Both the position numbers and the translations under genes were made by a program. Under the pieces are notes generated by a model that saw only the letters and a program-made list of their open reading frames with translations, was not told the origin of the DNA and ran no database searches. A stretch of DNA of 64,000 nucleotides, from assembly GCA_963763255.1 (NCBI GenBank), contig CAVXNW010000006.1, positions 48,670-112,669 on the forward strand, written 5' to 3'. The stretch is from an uncultured Alphaproteobacteria bacterium (GTDB lineage Bacteria > Pseudomonadota > Alphaproteobacteria > Rhizobiales > Xanthobacteraceae). Below are positions 35,372-45,300 of this stretch, one piece after another; within the stretch, counting starts at the first letter, position 1; every line of letters begins with the position of its first letter.

Positions 35372-37153
35372 TCAGGCGTGCGGAACGGGATTGACCGGTA
35401 CGGCGAGCGGGTTTTCGCTCGCAACCGGCTGCGACTGACCGAGCGGCAAGGACGCCGCGGGCGCGCCGCTATCGGTCGCGAACGCCGCCATCGCGTGCGT
35501 GAGCTGAGTGAGCGAACTCGCCGGTTCGATCGCTGGAGTGCTGATCTCAGTGCCCGGCGAGCCGGACGGCGCGCCGCTGGTCACGCCGACGATCGACCAT
35601 TCAAGGCCGACCTGACCCATCGGGACCGTCGCCGTAATGGTATTGTTGCTGATGTCGTAGAGCTCGAACACGCCGGTTCTGCTGTTGCGCATCAGCATGT
35701 CGGTTTCGTTGGCGTTGCCGGAGAAATCGCCGAAACCCGCGATCGTCCATTCGACGCCGACCTGGCCCATCGCGGCCGACGACGTGATTGCATTATTGCG
35801 GATATCGTAGACCTCGAACGCGCCGGTATTGGTGTTGCGCATCAGCATGTCGGTCTCGCCGGGATTGCCGGAGAAATCGCCGAAGCCCGCGACCAGCCAC
35901 TCGAGTCCGACCTGGCCCATCGGCGTCGTCGAAGCGATGGCGTTGTTGCGGATGTCGTAGATATCGAAATTGCCGTTGTTGCTGTCGCGCATCAGCATAT
36001 CGGTCTCGCCGGCGCGACCGGAGAAATCGCCGAAGCCGGCGACCTGCCACTCCAACCCGACCTGGCCCATAGGCGCAGTCGCCGTAATGGCGTTGTTGCT
36101 GATGTCGTAGAGCTCGAAATCGCCATTGTTCCCGTCACGCATCAGCATGTCGGTCTCGCCGGTGCGACTGGAAAAATCGCCGAAGCCGGCGATCTGCCAT
36201 TCAAGTCCGACCTGCCCGAGCGCGACACTGCCGGTGATGGCATTGTTGGTCACGTCGTCGATTTCAAACGCGCCGGTCGATGGATTGCGCATCAACAAAT
36301 CAGCAGTATCGGCGCCGTCGAAGCCACCCATACCCACCGCCTGCCACGCCGGATCGATCTGCCCGAGCGGGCCGTCGAGCAGGATCGTGTTGTGTCCGAT
36401 GTCGTAGAATTCGTACGCGCCGTCGGAATCGCGCACCATGACGAGCTGGGCCATCGTGCCCGCCGGCGGCACGGGATTGGGCGGCGGCTGAACGGTGAAG
36501 GTGGTGTAGTTGCTCCACACCCCGCCGGCATAAGCCCGTACCATGATGGAGTCGGTGCTGTAGCCGGTTTGGAAAGTCAGTTCCGACAACTGCGCCGGCG
36601 TCACGAAAACGAGCTGGCCGGCCGGCTCGATGGTGCCATTGAAGACCCAATGGCCGCTGTCCGTCGTGGTGTCCTCGACCTCATAGGCCGTAATGGACAG
36701 GCCGCCGAATGCGGTGCCACTGAACAGACTCGATGCCGCAATGTTGAGATTCGGGGCCGCAACGGCATTCGCCGCATTAACGACGGGCGCCGGCATTGGG
36801 AGACTACTTGCAGGTACAATATCAAACGACGTGAAAGCGCCAAAGCCGGCCACATCCGAAGCTGCGACCTGCAGCACGTCGATCTCCGGACCGATGGCGC
36901 CCGTGCCAGCCACGAAGGTCAATTCAGACAGTTGCGCCGCGGTCAGCTCCGTAACTTGCCCATTCGGCAGGACTGCCCCATCGAGCACCCAGAAGCCCGC
37001 GTCCGGACCTGTCGTCCCATCCTCGACCTGATAATCGAGAATTGGATCGCCGCTCGTGTCGCTCGCAGAAAACAGCTGAGACGCCGCGAAGATCTCGCCA
37101 GGCGCGGCATTCACCACCGGGGAAGTGGCCGTCACAACCGGTGTGGTACTCAT
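35372..37153 (-). CDS. large repeat protein: two copies of an unknown ~100-aa N-terminal domain plus about six FG-GAP/VCBS-like 50-aa repeats (beta-propeller-like)
   Basis: Start ATG at 37153 after GGAGG. The repeats read GQVGLEWQ(V/I)AGFGDFSG..GETDMLMR..N.G.F..YDI.NNAIT with an exact 50-residue period. No N-terminal signal peptide. Confidence 0.75.
   Translation of the reverse strand: MSTTPVVTATSPVVNAAPGEIFAASQLFSASDTSGDPILDYQVEDGTTGPDAGFWVLDGAVLPNGQVTELTAAQLSELTFVAGTGAIGPEIDVLQVAASDVAGFGAFTSFDIVPASSLPMPAPVVNAANAVAAPNLNIAASSLFSGTAFGGLSITAYEVEDTTTDSGHWVFNGTIEPAGQLVFVTPAQLSELTFQTGYSTDSIMVRAYAGGVWSNYTTFTVQPPPNPVPPAGTMAQLVMVRDSDGAYEFYDIGHNTILLDGPLGQIDPAWQAVGMGGFDGADTADLLMRNPSTGAFEIDDVTNNAITGSVALGQVGLEWQIAGFGDFSSRTGETDMLMRDGNNGDFELYDISNNAITATAPMGQVGLEWQVAGFGDFSGRAGETDMLMRDSNNGNFDIYDIRNNAIASTTPMGQVGLEWLVAGFGDFSGNPGETDMLMRNTNTGAFEVYDIRNNAITSSAAMGQVGVEWTIAGFGDFSGNANETDMLMRNSRTGVFELYDISNNTITATVPMGQVGLEWSIVGVTSGAPSGSPGTEISTPAIEPASSLTQLTHAMAAFATDSGAPAASLPLGQSQPVASENPLAVPVNPVPHA
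35582..36454 (-). repeat. tandem 150-bp coding repeats (about 6 units) inside the FG-GAP-like gene
   Basis: The motif GQVGLEW recurs at residues 330, 380, 430, 480 and 530 of the 610-aa ORF, with a diverged unit at 281. Confidence 0.85.
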
Positions 37154-37732
37154 TCTACTTGCCTCCGGCACCGTCGGGCCGCGCGCACAACGCGCGACCG
37201 ACATCGCTCAATCCGGAGTCCCGCCTCGACCGCCGTGCATACCCCTCGCTGGTGCCCATCCCGACGCAACGACCGAACAGGGTCACTGAGACACTCCGCA
37301 TCGAACTCAACCGGCGTCGATCACGGTGCTTTCGCGCGAAATCGCCGCCGCAATTCCAAAGCCTACGGGCCCCCTGCCCGCGCCGCGCGGATCGGCATGA
37401 TCTTGATCAGAATCCTGAGAAAGGAACCTGCGTTCCCCGGAAGGCCAAGGCCGCCGCGGGCCTTCCGTGGCGAAGGTCGTATCAGGATCACGAGCGAAGC
37501 GGAATTTAATTCAATATTTACCGTTTACGGCGACGCCGTGACGGGGCGAATCGCTGCTGAATTGCTTACGGATCGCCGGTCGGTGGTGGTTTTTCCGCCT
37601 CCTGCCATGCGGTGGCCCGGCGAGCTGTCCCAGTTTGACGCAAGAACCGCAAATCCGACGTTGTCGCACGCCCGCCGTCTCATTAGGTTCGCGCAGGCGG
37701 TGCGTTCCAAGCTGCCCTGGGGACCGAAACTC

Positions 37733-38920
37733 ATGTTCGATTTCGACCGCGTCATAGAACGCCGCGGCACACACTCTTCCAAATGGGACCACATCGCCCG
37801 GCTTTCGGGCATCAAATCGCCGGACGCGATTCCGATGTGGGTGGCGGACATGGATTTCGCCGCACCGCCCGGCGTGACAAAGGCGCTGGCCGCCGAACTT
37901 GAGTGCGCCGTGCACGGCTATTACGCCGATACGGGAACCTGGGCGGCGGCGCTCGTCGATTGGATGGCGCGCCGGCATGGCGTGAAAATCGATCCGGCTT
38001 GGGTGAGCCCGACGCCCGGCATCGTTTCCGGACTGGGCCTGATCCTTCAGGCGGTGAGTGCGCCGGACGATGAGGTGGTGGTGTTTCCGCCCGCCTACCA
38101 CGCATTCCGCAAAATCATTCGCTCCAATGAACGGCGCATTCTCGATGCGCAGCTTGTCGAAAGCGACGGGCGCTACGTGATGGATCTCGACGCACTGCGC
38201 GCGCGGCTGACGCCGCGTACGAAGGTCGTTTTCCTGTGCAGCCCGCATAATCCCGGCGGGAATGTTTGGTCGGTAGCCGAGTTGCGCGCGCTGGCCGCGT
38301 TGTGCGCCGAACGCGACCTTATCCTGGTGTCCGACGAGATTCATTGCGATCTCGTTTTCGCCGGATCCAAGCACACGCCGACGATGGCGGCGGCGCCAGA
38401 GATTGCCGATCGTCTGATCACTTGCGTCGCGGCGACCAAGACCTTCAATCTCGCCGGCGCTCATGTCGGCGCATGCGTCACCTCAAATGCCGCGTTGAAG
38501 CGCCGCCTCGATGCGCGCATCGCCGCGAGCGGTCTCGGTTCCTACAACAGGTTCGGCATGATCGCGACGGAAGCGGGATGGCGGACCGGCGAGGCATGGC
38601 TTGATGAACTGCTGCCCTATCTCGCCGGGAACCGCGACGTGTTCGATGCACGCATCCAAGCGGCGGCGCCAGGCGCACGCTCGATGCATCTCGACGGAAC
38701 ATATCTGGCGTGGGTCGATTTCTCCGGAACCGGTCTCGCTCCCGAAGAGGTCGCCGCCAGGGTGAGAGACCGCGCCCGCATCTTTGTCAGCCCGGGCGAG
38801 CAGTTTGGACCGGGCGGAGAAACATGGCTGCGCATTAATTTCGCAACGCCGCGTCCGCTTCTCAACGAAGCGCTGTCGCGATTGGAGGACGCCTTCTCGG
38901 ATTTGCGTCCACGGAAGTAA
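37733..38920 (+). CDS. class I/II aminotransferase-fold C-S lyase (MalY/PatB-type cystathionine beta-lyase)
   Basis: The real start is the internal ATG at 37733 of the 1180-aa composite ORF. MFDFDRVIERRGTHSSKWD...IPMWVADMDF is the classical MalY/PatB N-terminus, and the SPHNP and TKTFNLAG (PLP-Lys) blocks are present. Confidence 0.85.
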   Translation: MFDFDRVIERRGTHSSKWDHIARLSGIKSPDAIPMWVADMDFAAPPGVTKALAAELECAVHGYYADTGTWAAALVDWMARRHGVKIDPAWVSPTPGIVSGLGLILQAVSAPDDEVVVFPPAYHAFRKIIRSNERRILDAQLVESDGRYVMDLDALRARLTPRTKVVFLCSPHNPGGNVWSVAELRALAALCAERDLILVSDEIHCDLVFAGSKHTPTMAAAPEIADRLITCVAATKTFNLAGAHVGACVTSNAALKRRLDARIAASGLGSYNRFGMIATEAGWRTGEAWLDELLPYLAGNRDVFDARIQAAAPGARSMHLDGTYLAWVDFSGTGLAPEEVAARVRDRARIFVSPGEQFGPGGETWLRINFATPRPLLNEALSRLEDAFSDLRPRK

Positions 38921-39072
38921 GTGAGTCACTTCGGCGATCGATACAGCCGTCGCCGTCGCGGCAGGGGGCGTCTGATGAATACTTCCGTCGAGAGATCGTT
39001 GCCGTCAGCGAACGGACATGGGCACTCGGCTGTAGAAATTGGCAATGACAGAATGCAAGCCGCCAAAAGCCA

Positions 39073-40044
39073 TCAGGCGTTGAGCCGCACGGCAGGCGCC
39101 ACGCCATTGCGGGCGACCAGTGCCGGTGCGATGTCCAGATCATCGCGGTCCGCTTCCCGCTCCATTGCGCGGAACTGCTGGGTAATCAGATCGAGAAAGC
39201 TGCGTACATTGGTCGCCAGGTGCTGGCGATGCGGATAGACGGCATTGATGGAAAGGCCGAGACAGGAAAACTCGGTCAACACCGGAACGAGCTTGCCCGA
39301 TTTGATGTCGTTTCGCGCCAGAAAGTCCGGCACCCAGATCAGACCTTGTCCCAGCGCGGCCGTGAGCCTCAGCGCATTGACGCTGTTCGTTTCCATATTG
39401 CCAGTCACCTGGATCGTACGTTCTCCGTCCGGCGATTTGAAGCGCCAGTCCGAACCCCAAGGCGAGAACGTGTATCTCAGGCAATTGTGATTCACGAGAT
39501 CGCCCGGCTCGCGTGGAAAGCCGTGCTGCGCGAAATAATCAGGACTGCCGCAGACCAGCAGCTTGAAAGTGCCGACCCGCCGCATGACCAAATTCGAATT
39601 TGGGACCGGCATAGTGATAATCGCAAGATCGATACCTTCTTCAACGAGGTCGACCATCCGGTCGCTCATCGTCATGTCCACTTTGACGGCAGGATAAAGC
39701 GATGTGAATTCGGCAATGACTGGCGCAACGAAAAACGGGATCGCGGTCGAAACGTTGAGTTGCAAGGTTCCGTTGGGCTTTGCATGCATCGCTTGCACTG
39801 CGGTCTCGGCTTCCTCCATCTCGGCAAGAATATGCATACAGCGCTCATAGTATGCCTTGCCTATCTCGGTAAGGCTGACCTTTCGGGTGCTGCGGTTGAG
39901 CAAACGCACGCCGAGTTGATCTTCAAGGTCCTGAATCTGTGTCGTGACGGTGCTCGGCGAAACACCGAGCTTTCGCGCCGCCGCTGCGAAGCCGCCAGCC
40001 TCTGCGATTTTCACGAAAGTGGAGATGCTGGTCATACGATCCAT
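39073..40044 (-). CDS. LysR-family transcriptional regulator
   Basis: 323 aa with N-terminal wHTH ISTFVKIAEAGGFAAAARKLGVSPSTVTTQIQDLE. Confidence 0.9.
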   Translation of the reverse strand: MDRMTSISTFVKIAEAGGFAAAARKLGVSPSTVTTQIQDLEDQLGVRLLNRSTRKVSLTEIGKAYYERCMHILAEMEEAETAVQAMHAKPNGTLQLNVSTAIPFFVAPVIAEFTSLYPAVKVDMTMSDRMVDLVEEGIDLAIITMPVPNSNLVMRRVGTFKLLVCGSPDYFAQHGFPREPGDLVNHNCLRYTFSPWGSDWRFKSPDGERTIQVTGNMETNSVNALRLTAALGQGLIWVPDFLARNDIKSGKLVPVLTEFSCLGLSINAVYPHRQHLATNVRSFLDLITQQFRAMEREADRDDLDIAPALVARNGVAPAVRLNA

Positions 40045-40197
40045 GAGATCACTCCTACGCTTCCCGCAGCCCGCCGATTGCGCTCGTTATTGTCGTGTCT
40101 CGATGGCCAATTCGCAGGACCGATGGACGTGCCATCCCGGCCATTTCCCCGGTGCTCAACCGCCAGCCGACTGACCGTGACAGGCCGCAAGGCTTGT

Positions 40198-40250
40198 GAT
40201 ACTGACCGGTAACACTACATAACGTTTGGGTAGATACTGACCGGTAACAC
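40198..40250. promoter_or_regulatory. two direct copies of GATACTGACCGGTAACAC (40198-40215 and 40233-40250), candidate TetR operator
   Basis: Exact 18-bp direct repeat with 35-bp periodicity, 20-70 bp upstream of the TetR gene start. Each copy contains the ACCGGT palindromic core. Confidence 0.45.
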
Positions 40251-40270
40251 CTTCGTCAAGAGGAAGCGCG

Positions 40271-40876
40271 ATGAAATCCGGGGTGGGCACGCTAACAACC
40301 GGAAATAATGAGAGAATTCCGCCGCGTGCGCGGTTGCTCGCGGCAGCTGCGGACCTGTTTTACCGCCACGGCATCCGGGCTATCGGCGTCGACGCGGTCG
40401 CTGACGCGGCCGACACGAACAAGATGACCCTCTATCGGCACTTTGCGTCCAAGGACGAGTTGGTGGCCGAATGTCTGCGTGAATTCGCACGAGACGCCCT
40501 TCAACGCTGGGAACGTTATGAGCAGGCCCATCCGGGCGATGCGCGCGCGCAAATCCGCGCGTGGCTGACGGAAGTAGCCGCCATTTTTGCCGACAAGAAA
40601 CATCGCGGATGCGCTCTCGCCAATGCAGCGATCGAGTTGCCCGACAAGGCCCATCCGGCACGCCGCGTCGTCGAGGAATTCAAGCTCGCGCAACGCAGCC
40701 ATCTCGCGGAATTGTGCCGGCGCGCTGGCCTTAGGGATCCAGAAATGCTCGCCGACGAGCTTTATTTGTTAGTCGAAGGGGCGCGCGTGACCGCGCAAAG
40801 CATTGGCACGGAAGGCCTTGGCGCACGAATGACGCGCATGGGCGAGGCCATGATCGCGCTCCACGAGATGCGATAG
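40271..40876 (+). CDS. TetR/AcrR-family transcriptional regulator
   Basis: 201 aa with N-terminal HTH LLAAAADLFYRHGIRAIGVDAVADAADTNKMTLYRHF. Confidence 0.9.
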   Translation: MKSGVGTLTTGNNERIPPRARLLAAAADLFYRHGIRAIGVDAVADAADTNKMTLYRHFASKDELVAECLREFARDALQRWERYEQAHPGDARAQIRAWLTEVAAIFADKKHRGCALANAAIELPDKAHPARRVVEEFKLAQRSHLAELCRRAGLRDPEMLADELYLLVEGARVTAQSIGTEGLGARMTRMGEAMIALHEMR

Positions 40877-41105
40877 TCGAACTGATTGCTGAATCACAGC
40901 GATTGTCTTGAGAGCGTCAATTTCATATGAGGCCGCATGAAATGCGGCCACCGGTAGATCTAAAAACAGCGCACCACTCATAATTTGCCTCAGGCAAACA
41001 GTCCGTTCACGGTCGCGCCGATTAAGTCTCGGAGGATCGACCTTATCTCCGCACCACTGGCAGCAAGAGTATTCAGCTCTTGTCCGCGTGATCAGGAGAA
41101 AAGCT

Positions 41106-41309
41106 ATGATCAGCAAAACCATATTCGCAGCTACCGCCATCGTTGCTATGATCGGCGTCGTGTCTCCGGCATCGGCTGAATTTTTGGAGACCGGCACTGC
41201 GGTGAATAACGCCGAAGGCGGCTTCGGGAACGGCGGATTTGGCTGGACTGCTCCGCAGGGCCAGCAAGTTCTGGTCAATCACTGGCCGATCCATCAACGC
41301 CACGAATAG
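41106..41309 (+). CDS. small secreted Gly-rich protein (about 67 aa)
   Basis: ATG at 41106 after CAGGAGAAAAGCT. Signal peptide MISKTIFAATAIVAMIGVVSPASA. Followed by a strong terminator. Confidence 0.55.
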   Translation: MISKTIFAATAIVAMIGVVSPASAEFLETGTAVNNAEGGFGNGGFGWTAPQGQQVLVNHWPIHQRHE

Positions 41310-41330
41310 GTACCGACGGAGTTTTATAGA

Positions 41331-41370
41331 AAAGGAGGACGGGCCCTGTTCGTCCTCCTTTCACGTTTTT
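41331..41370 (+). terminator. Rho-independent terminator
   Basis: Stem AAAGGAGGACG / CGTCCTCCTTT with loop GGCCCTGTT-like, then CACGTTTTT. Confidence 0.75.
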
Positions 41371-41437
41371 AGAATAAAAACCGGGTTTCGCCGACATCTG
41401 GCGCGCATCTCAGACTTGCTTATCTTAATGCGCGCCG

Positions 41438-41468
41438 AAACAAAGGGGCTCCGGCAAGCCGGAGCCCC
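41438..41468 (-). terminator. Rho-independent terminator of the 41500-41742 gene
   Basis: Stem GGGGCTCCGG / CCGGAGCCCC with a 4-nt loop, followed on the minus strand by TTTGTTTC. Confidence 0.6.
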
Positions 41469-41499
41469 TGCGTTCAATTGAACTCACTTCGCTCATCGA

Positions 41500-41742
41500 C
41501 TATTGGGCTCGCCGATGGTGGCGCGGCGGAGCGTACCCATACAAGGTGTGGTTCCTCAGTGCCGGCCGGCCGCCGGCCGCAGCGTCTTGTGGACCCCACG
41601 AACCCCACGTCTGCTTCCCGGTGCTGTCATAGTAGTTAGGCATCTGGCTGCCGGTGTGGTCGGAGGACTGGGCGAACGCCGGCGACGCGATGCTCGCAGT
41701 CAGGACGGCTGCAGCGAGGACAACATTGGACTTGTTGATCAT
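41500..41742 (-). CDS. small secreted protein (about 80 aa)
   Basis: Internal ATG at 41742 after GGGAGA gives signal peptide MINKSNVVLAAAVLTASIASPAFA and a Gly/Trp/His-containing mature part. Confidence 0.55.
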   Translation of the reverse strand: MINKSNVVLAAAVLTASIASPAFAQSSDHTGSQMPNYYDSTGKQTWGSWGPQDAAAGGRPALRNHTLYGYAPPRHHRRAQ

Positions 41743-41946
41743 AGTGCATCTCCCGTGTGACAAGAGCCTGATGCTCCCGTGGCAGTGAGATGCGGCTGCC
41801 TCGGAGATTTTTTTAGAAGCTTTGCTTCGAATGGTCTTTTCTGGAATGCGATATAATGGACGGACGATGGGCAAAAAGCCGAACAGGAGCGGCGCATCTC
41901 CCGCAAGAGATGGCCAACTCCTGTGTTCGGATAGTCGGCTGATCTG

Positions 41947-42156
41947 TCAGTAGTCGTGCTCGACAGTCCAGTTGTAGCCGGCGCTCCCGCCTCCAGTGGC
42001 TGAAGGAAACGTATCGGAACGCTGACCCAGATGGGGCGCGATGACGTAACCGTGCGCGCCCCGCGAACCGAAATCCGCCCTTTGGGCGAAGGCCGACGAT
42101 CCGACTCCTACCACCGAGATGAGGAGCAGCGCGCCGAGCACTGATTTCTTAATCAT
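41947..42156 (-). CDS. small secreted Gly-rich protein (69 aa)
   Basis: Signal peptide MIKKSVLGALLLISVVGVGSSAFA with RBS AGGAGA upstream. Confidence 0.55.
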   Translation of the reverse strand: MIKKSVLGALLLISVVGVGSSAFAQRADFGSRGAHGYVIAPHLGQRSDTFPSATGGGSAGYNWTVEHDY

Positions 42157-42357
42157 GGCATTTCTCCTGTCTGCGATAAGCCAAAGGAGCTCTTGCTCCG
42201 TTGACGATGGAGAAATGTGGAGTTGGGCGCCTGATTTAAGGGAGCTTTGGCGAAAGCATCATTCGGCCCTGACGAACAGTCGAATGCGTAGCCGATGAAG
42301 TCCGTGAGCGTGCGTTGTCGTCGGAGACCTCTTCGGCGCCGCCCACCGCCGCGCGAA

Positions 42358-45300
42358 TCAAGCCACCGTCGTGTCATTTCGCACGCTGCGGCGTCTCCTT
42401 CGCTCGTCGAGGCGCTGCATCACCACATAGAATGAGGGGACGAACACGACGACGAGGCAAGTCGAGGCGATCATGCCGCTGAAGACCGGAATACCGATCG
42501 AGCGGCGCGCCCCCGCGCCCGCGCCGGTCGCAACAACAAGCGGCAGGACACCCAGAATGAAGGCGAACGATGTCATGAGAATCGGCCGGAACCTCAGTCG
42601 GGCTCCCTCCACCGCCGCCGTGGCGATGTCCATCCCCTCGGCGCGTCTCTGGCGCGCATATTCTACGACCAGAATCGCGTTCTTGCTGCCGAGCGCGATC
42701 AGAAGAATCAGTCCGATCTGCGTATAGAGGTTGTTGGCAGCGCCGAGAGCGGTCAGCACGCCAACTGTCCCAAGCAGCGCAAGCGGCACGCCGAGAATCA
42801 CGGCGAGCGGCAAAATCCAGCTCTCGTATTGGCCCGCCAGCACGAAATAGACAAGCAGGATCGCCAAGCCGAAAACGAAATACATTTGCGAGCCGACCGC
42901 CTTCTCCTGGTACGACATCGCGGTCCATTCGTAGCTCGTTCCGGGCGGCAGTTCGTGTTGACCAATCTGATCCATGATGTCGAGCGCCTCACCCGAACTG
43001 AAGCCGGGCGCCGGGTTGCCGACGATCGTCGCCGACGGATAAAGATTGTAGAGGCTGATCAACGAGGGACCCTGGACCTCCTTGATGTCGACGACCGTTC
43101 CGAGCGGTGTCATGGTTCCATTGCCGGCTCTGACCTTAAGGTTGCGAATGTCGCCGGCGCTGGCGCGGTACGTGGGCAGCGCTTGCGTGTAGAGCTGGAA
43201 GACGTGTCCGAACTTGTTGAATTGCGCCGCGTAGCTCGATCCGACATAAGTCGACAGCGCCGAAAAGACATTGCCGACAGTAATGCCGAGTGTCTCGGCC
43301 TTGGTGCGATCAACGGTGACGCTGAGCTGTGGCGCATTAGCGCGGAATGTCGTATTGAGCCTCTGTAGAGCCGATTGCGCGTTGCCGGCCCTAACGACGG
43401 TATCCGCCAGACTCTGCAACAAGCCGTAGTCGAAATCTCCGTTCCGGATCTCGACCTGCATGGTGAAGCCGCCGACATTGCCGATGCCCTGGATCGGCGG
43501 CGGTGGAAGCGCGAACACCAGCGCCTGCGCTATGCCATGCAATGAGCGATTCAGATTTATTACGATCGAACGCAGATCCTGGCCCTTTTGTTTGAGGCGG
43601 AGGTCCCAGTCCTTGAGAACCACGAACGCTACTCCGGCATTGGCAAGGCTTGCAAAGTTATCCAGGACGGAAATGCCGCTGACGGTGATGACACTTTCCA
43701 CGCCGGGCGCTTTCCTGGCGATCGTCGAGATTTGCTGCATGACCGCGTCGGTACGCTCCTTCGAGGCGCCGTCGGGCAATTGCGCGCTGACGATCAGATA
43801 GCCTTGGTCTTCGTTCGGCAGGAACGCGGTCGGCACGCGCGCCAAGCCCCACACCGCGAGGACGACTAGACCAAGCGCAAGGACAACCATGAGGCCGCTG
43901 CGGCGCGTCATCGCGGCGACGATTCGAACGTAACCACGCTCGGTGGCGCCAAATGCGGCGTTGAAGCCGCGATAGAAAAAATTGCGCCGCTCAAGTGGAA
44001 CGGGCGCTCGAAGCCAAAGCGCGCTCTGGGTGGGCTTCAAGGTCACGGCATTGATCGCACTGATGAAGGCGGTGGCGGCGATGACCAGCGCGAATTGCCG
44101 ATAGAGCTGGCCGGTCAGGCCCGGCAGGAAGGCGGCGGGAAGAAAGACCGACATCAGCACCAACGTAATGCCGATGACCGGACCGATAAGGTCGTCCATC
44201 GCTCTGGCGGCCGCTTCGCGGCCAGGGAGACCCTCTTCGACATAGCGTGAGACGCCTTCGACAATAACGATCGCGTCGTCAACGACGATGCCAATCGCCA
44301 GCACGATGGCGAACAGGGTCGCAAGATTAATACTAAAGCCAAGCGCGGCCATCGCGGCGAACGCGCCAATGATCGTCACCGGAACGGTCGTCGCCGGGAC
44401 AAGCATCGCCCGCCAATCCTGAAGGAAAACAAGAATGACGATCAGCACCAGGACCGCGGCCTCGATCAGGGTGACATACACCTCGTCGATCGCGGCTTTG
44501 ACGAATTTCGTGGTGTCGTAGGGAATCGAATAGCTGACGCCCGGGGGAAAGCTTTTGGCCAGCTCATCCATCTTCGCCTTGACCGTGGTGGCCACCGCAA
44601 TGGCGTTCGCGTCCGGCAGCAGCGAGATGCCAATCCCGGCCGCCGGACGGCCGTCGAGGTTGAAGGACTGACTGTAGGTTTGGGCGCCGAGCTCGACGCG
44701 GCCGATGTCGCGGATTTTGGTGATCTGTCCACCGTTCGCGCCAGCGGCTTTGACGACGATGTTCTCGAATTCAGCTACCTCATCGAGGCGACCTTTGATG
44801 TCGAGCGTATATTGGAAATCCTGCCCGCTCGGCGCCGGCGGGGCGCCGACTTGACCGGCGGTGACTTGTTGGCTCTGCCCCTGGATTGCGTTGATCACGT
44901 CCTGGGGCGTGAGACCTCGTGTTTGAAGCAGATCCGGATTCATCCAAATCCGCATCGCGTATTGACCGGTACCGAAGATCGTCACGGCGCCGACACCCTT
45001 GAGGCGCGCCAGTTCGTTCTGCAGGTTGATGACGGCATAGTTCGACAAAAACAGGCTGTCGAAGCGGCTGTCAGGCGAAACCAAGGTGATGAATTCGAGA
45101 ATCGAACTCGACTTCTTTGTCGTTGTCACGCCCTGGGCTTGTACGGCGGAGGGGAGCGACGAAAGCGCGGTTGCAACCTGATTTTGAACCAGGATTTGCG
45201 CCTTGTCGGGGTCGGTACCGATCGCGAAAGTAACGGTCAGGGTGTAGGTGCCGTCGCTCGCGCTTGTCGACTGCATATAGAGCATGCCTTCGACGCCATT

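Noticed and set aside
35582-36454. CRISPR-like regular repeats
   Set aside because: The 150-bp periodicity lies entirely inside one reading frame and encodes protein repeats with no unique spacers. No cas genes or short direct repeat/spacer arrays occur anywhere in the window.
35378-37732. N-terminal 785 codons of the 1180-aa plus-strand ORF 35378-38920
   Set aside because: This part is antisense to the FG-GAP-like repeat gene or lies in the intergenic gap. Only the section from ATG 37733 (MFDFDRVIERRGTHSSKWD) looks like a real protein (MalY/PatB).
37205-37732. SAM-II or cobalamin riboswitch in the 530-bp leader of the MalY/PatB-type lyase gene
   Set aside because: I could not find the SAM-II core (GCGAUUU..GCUU...AAAGCU) or a B12 box. 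Only generic GC hairpins are present. It is left unannotated pending an Infernal scan.
40908-40920. TTGAGAGCGTCAA as another FNR/FixK box
   Set aside because: The spacing is N5, not N6, so it does not fit the dimer geometry. It is excluded from the box count.
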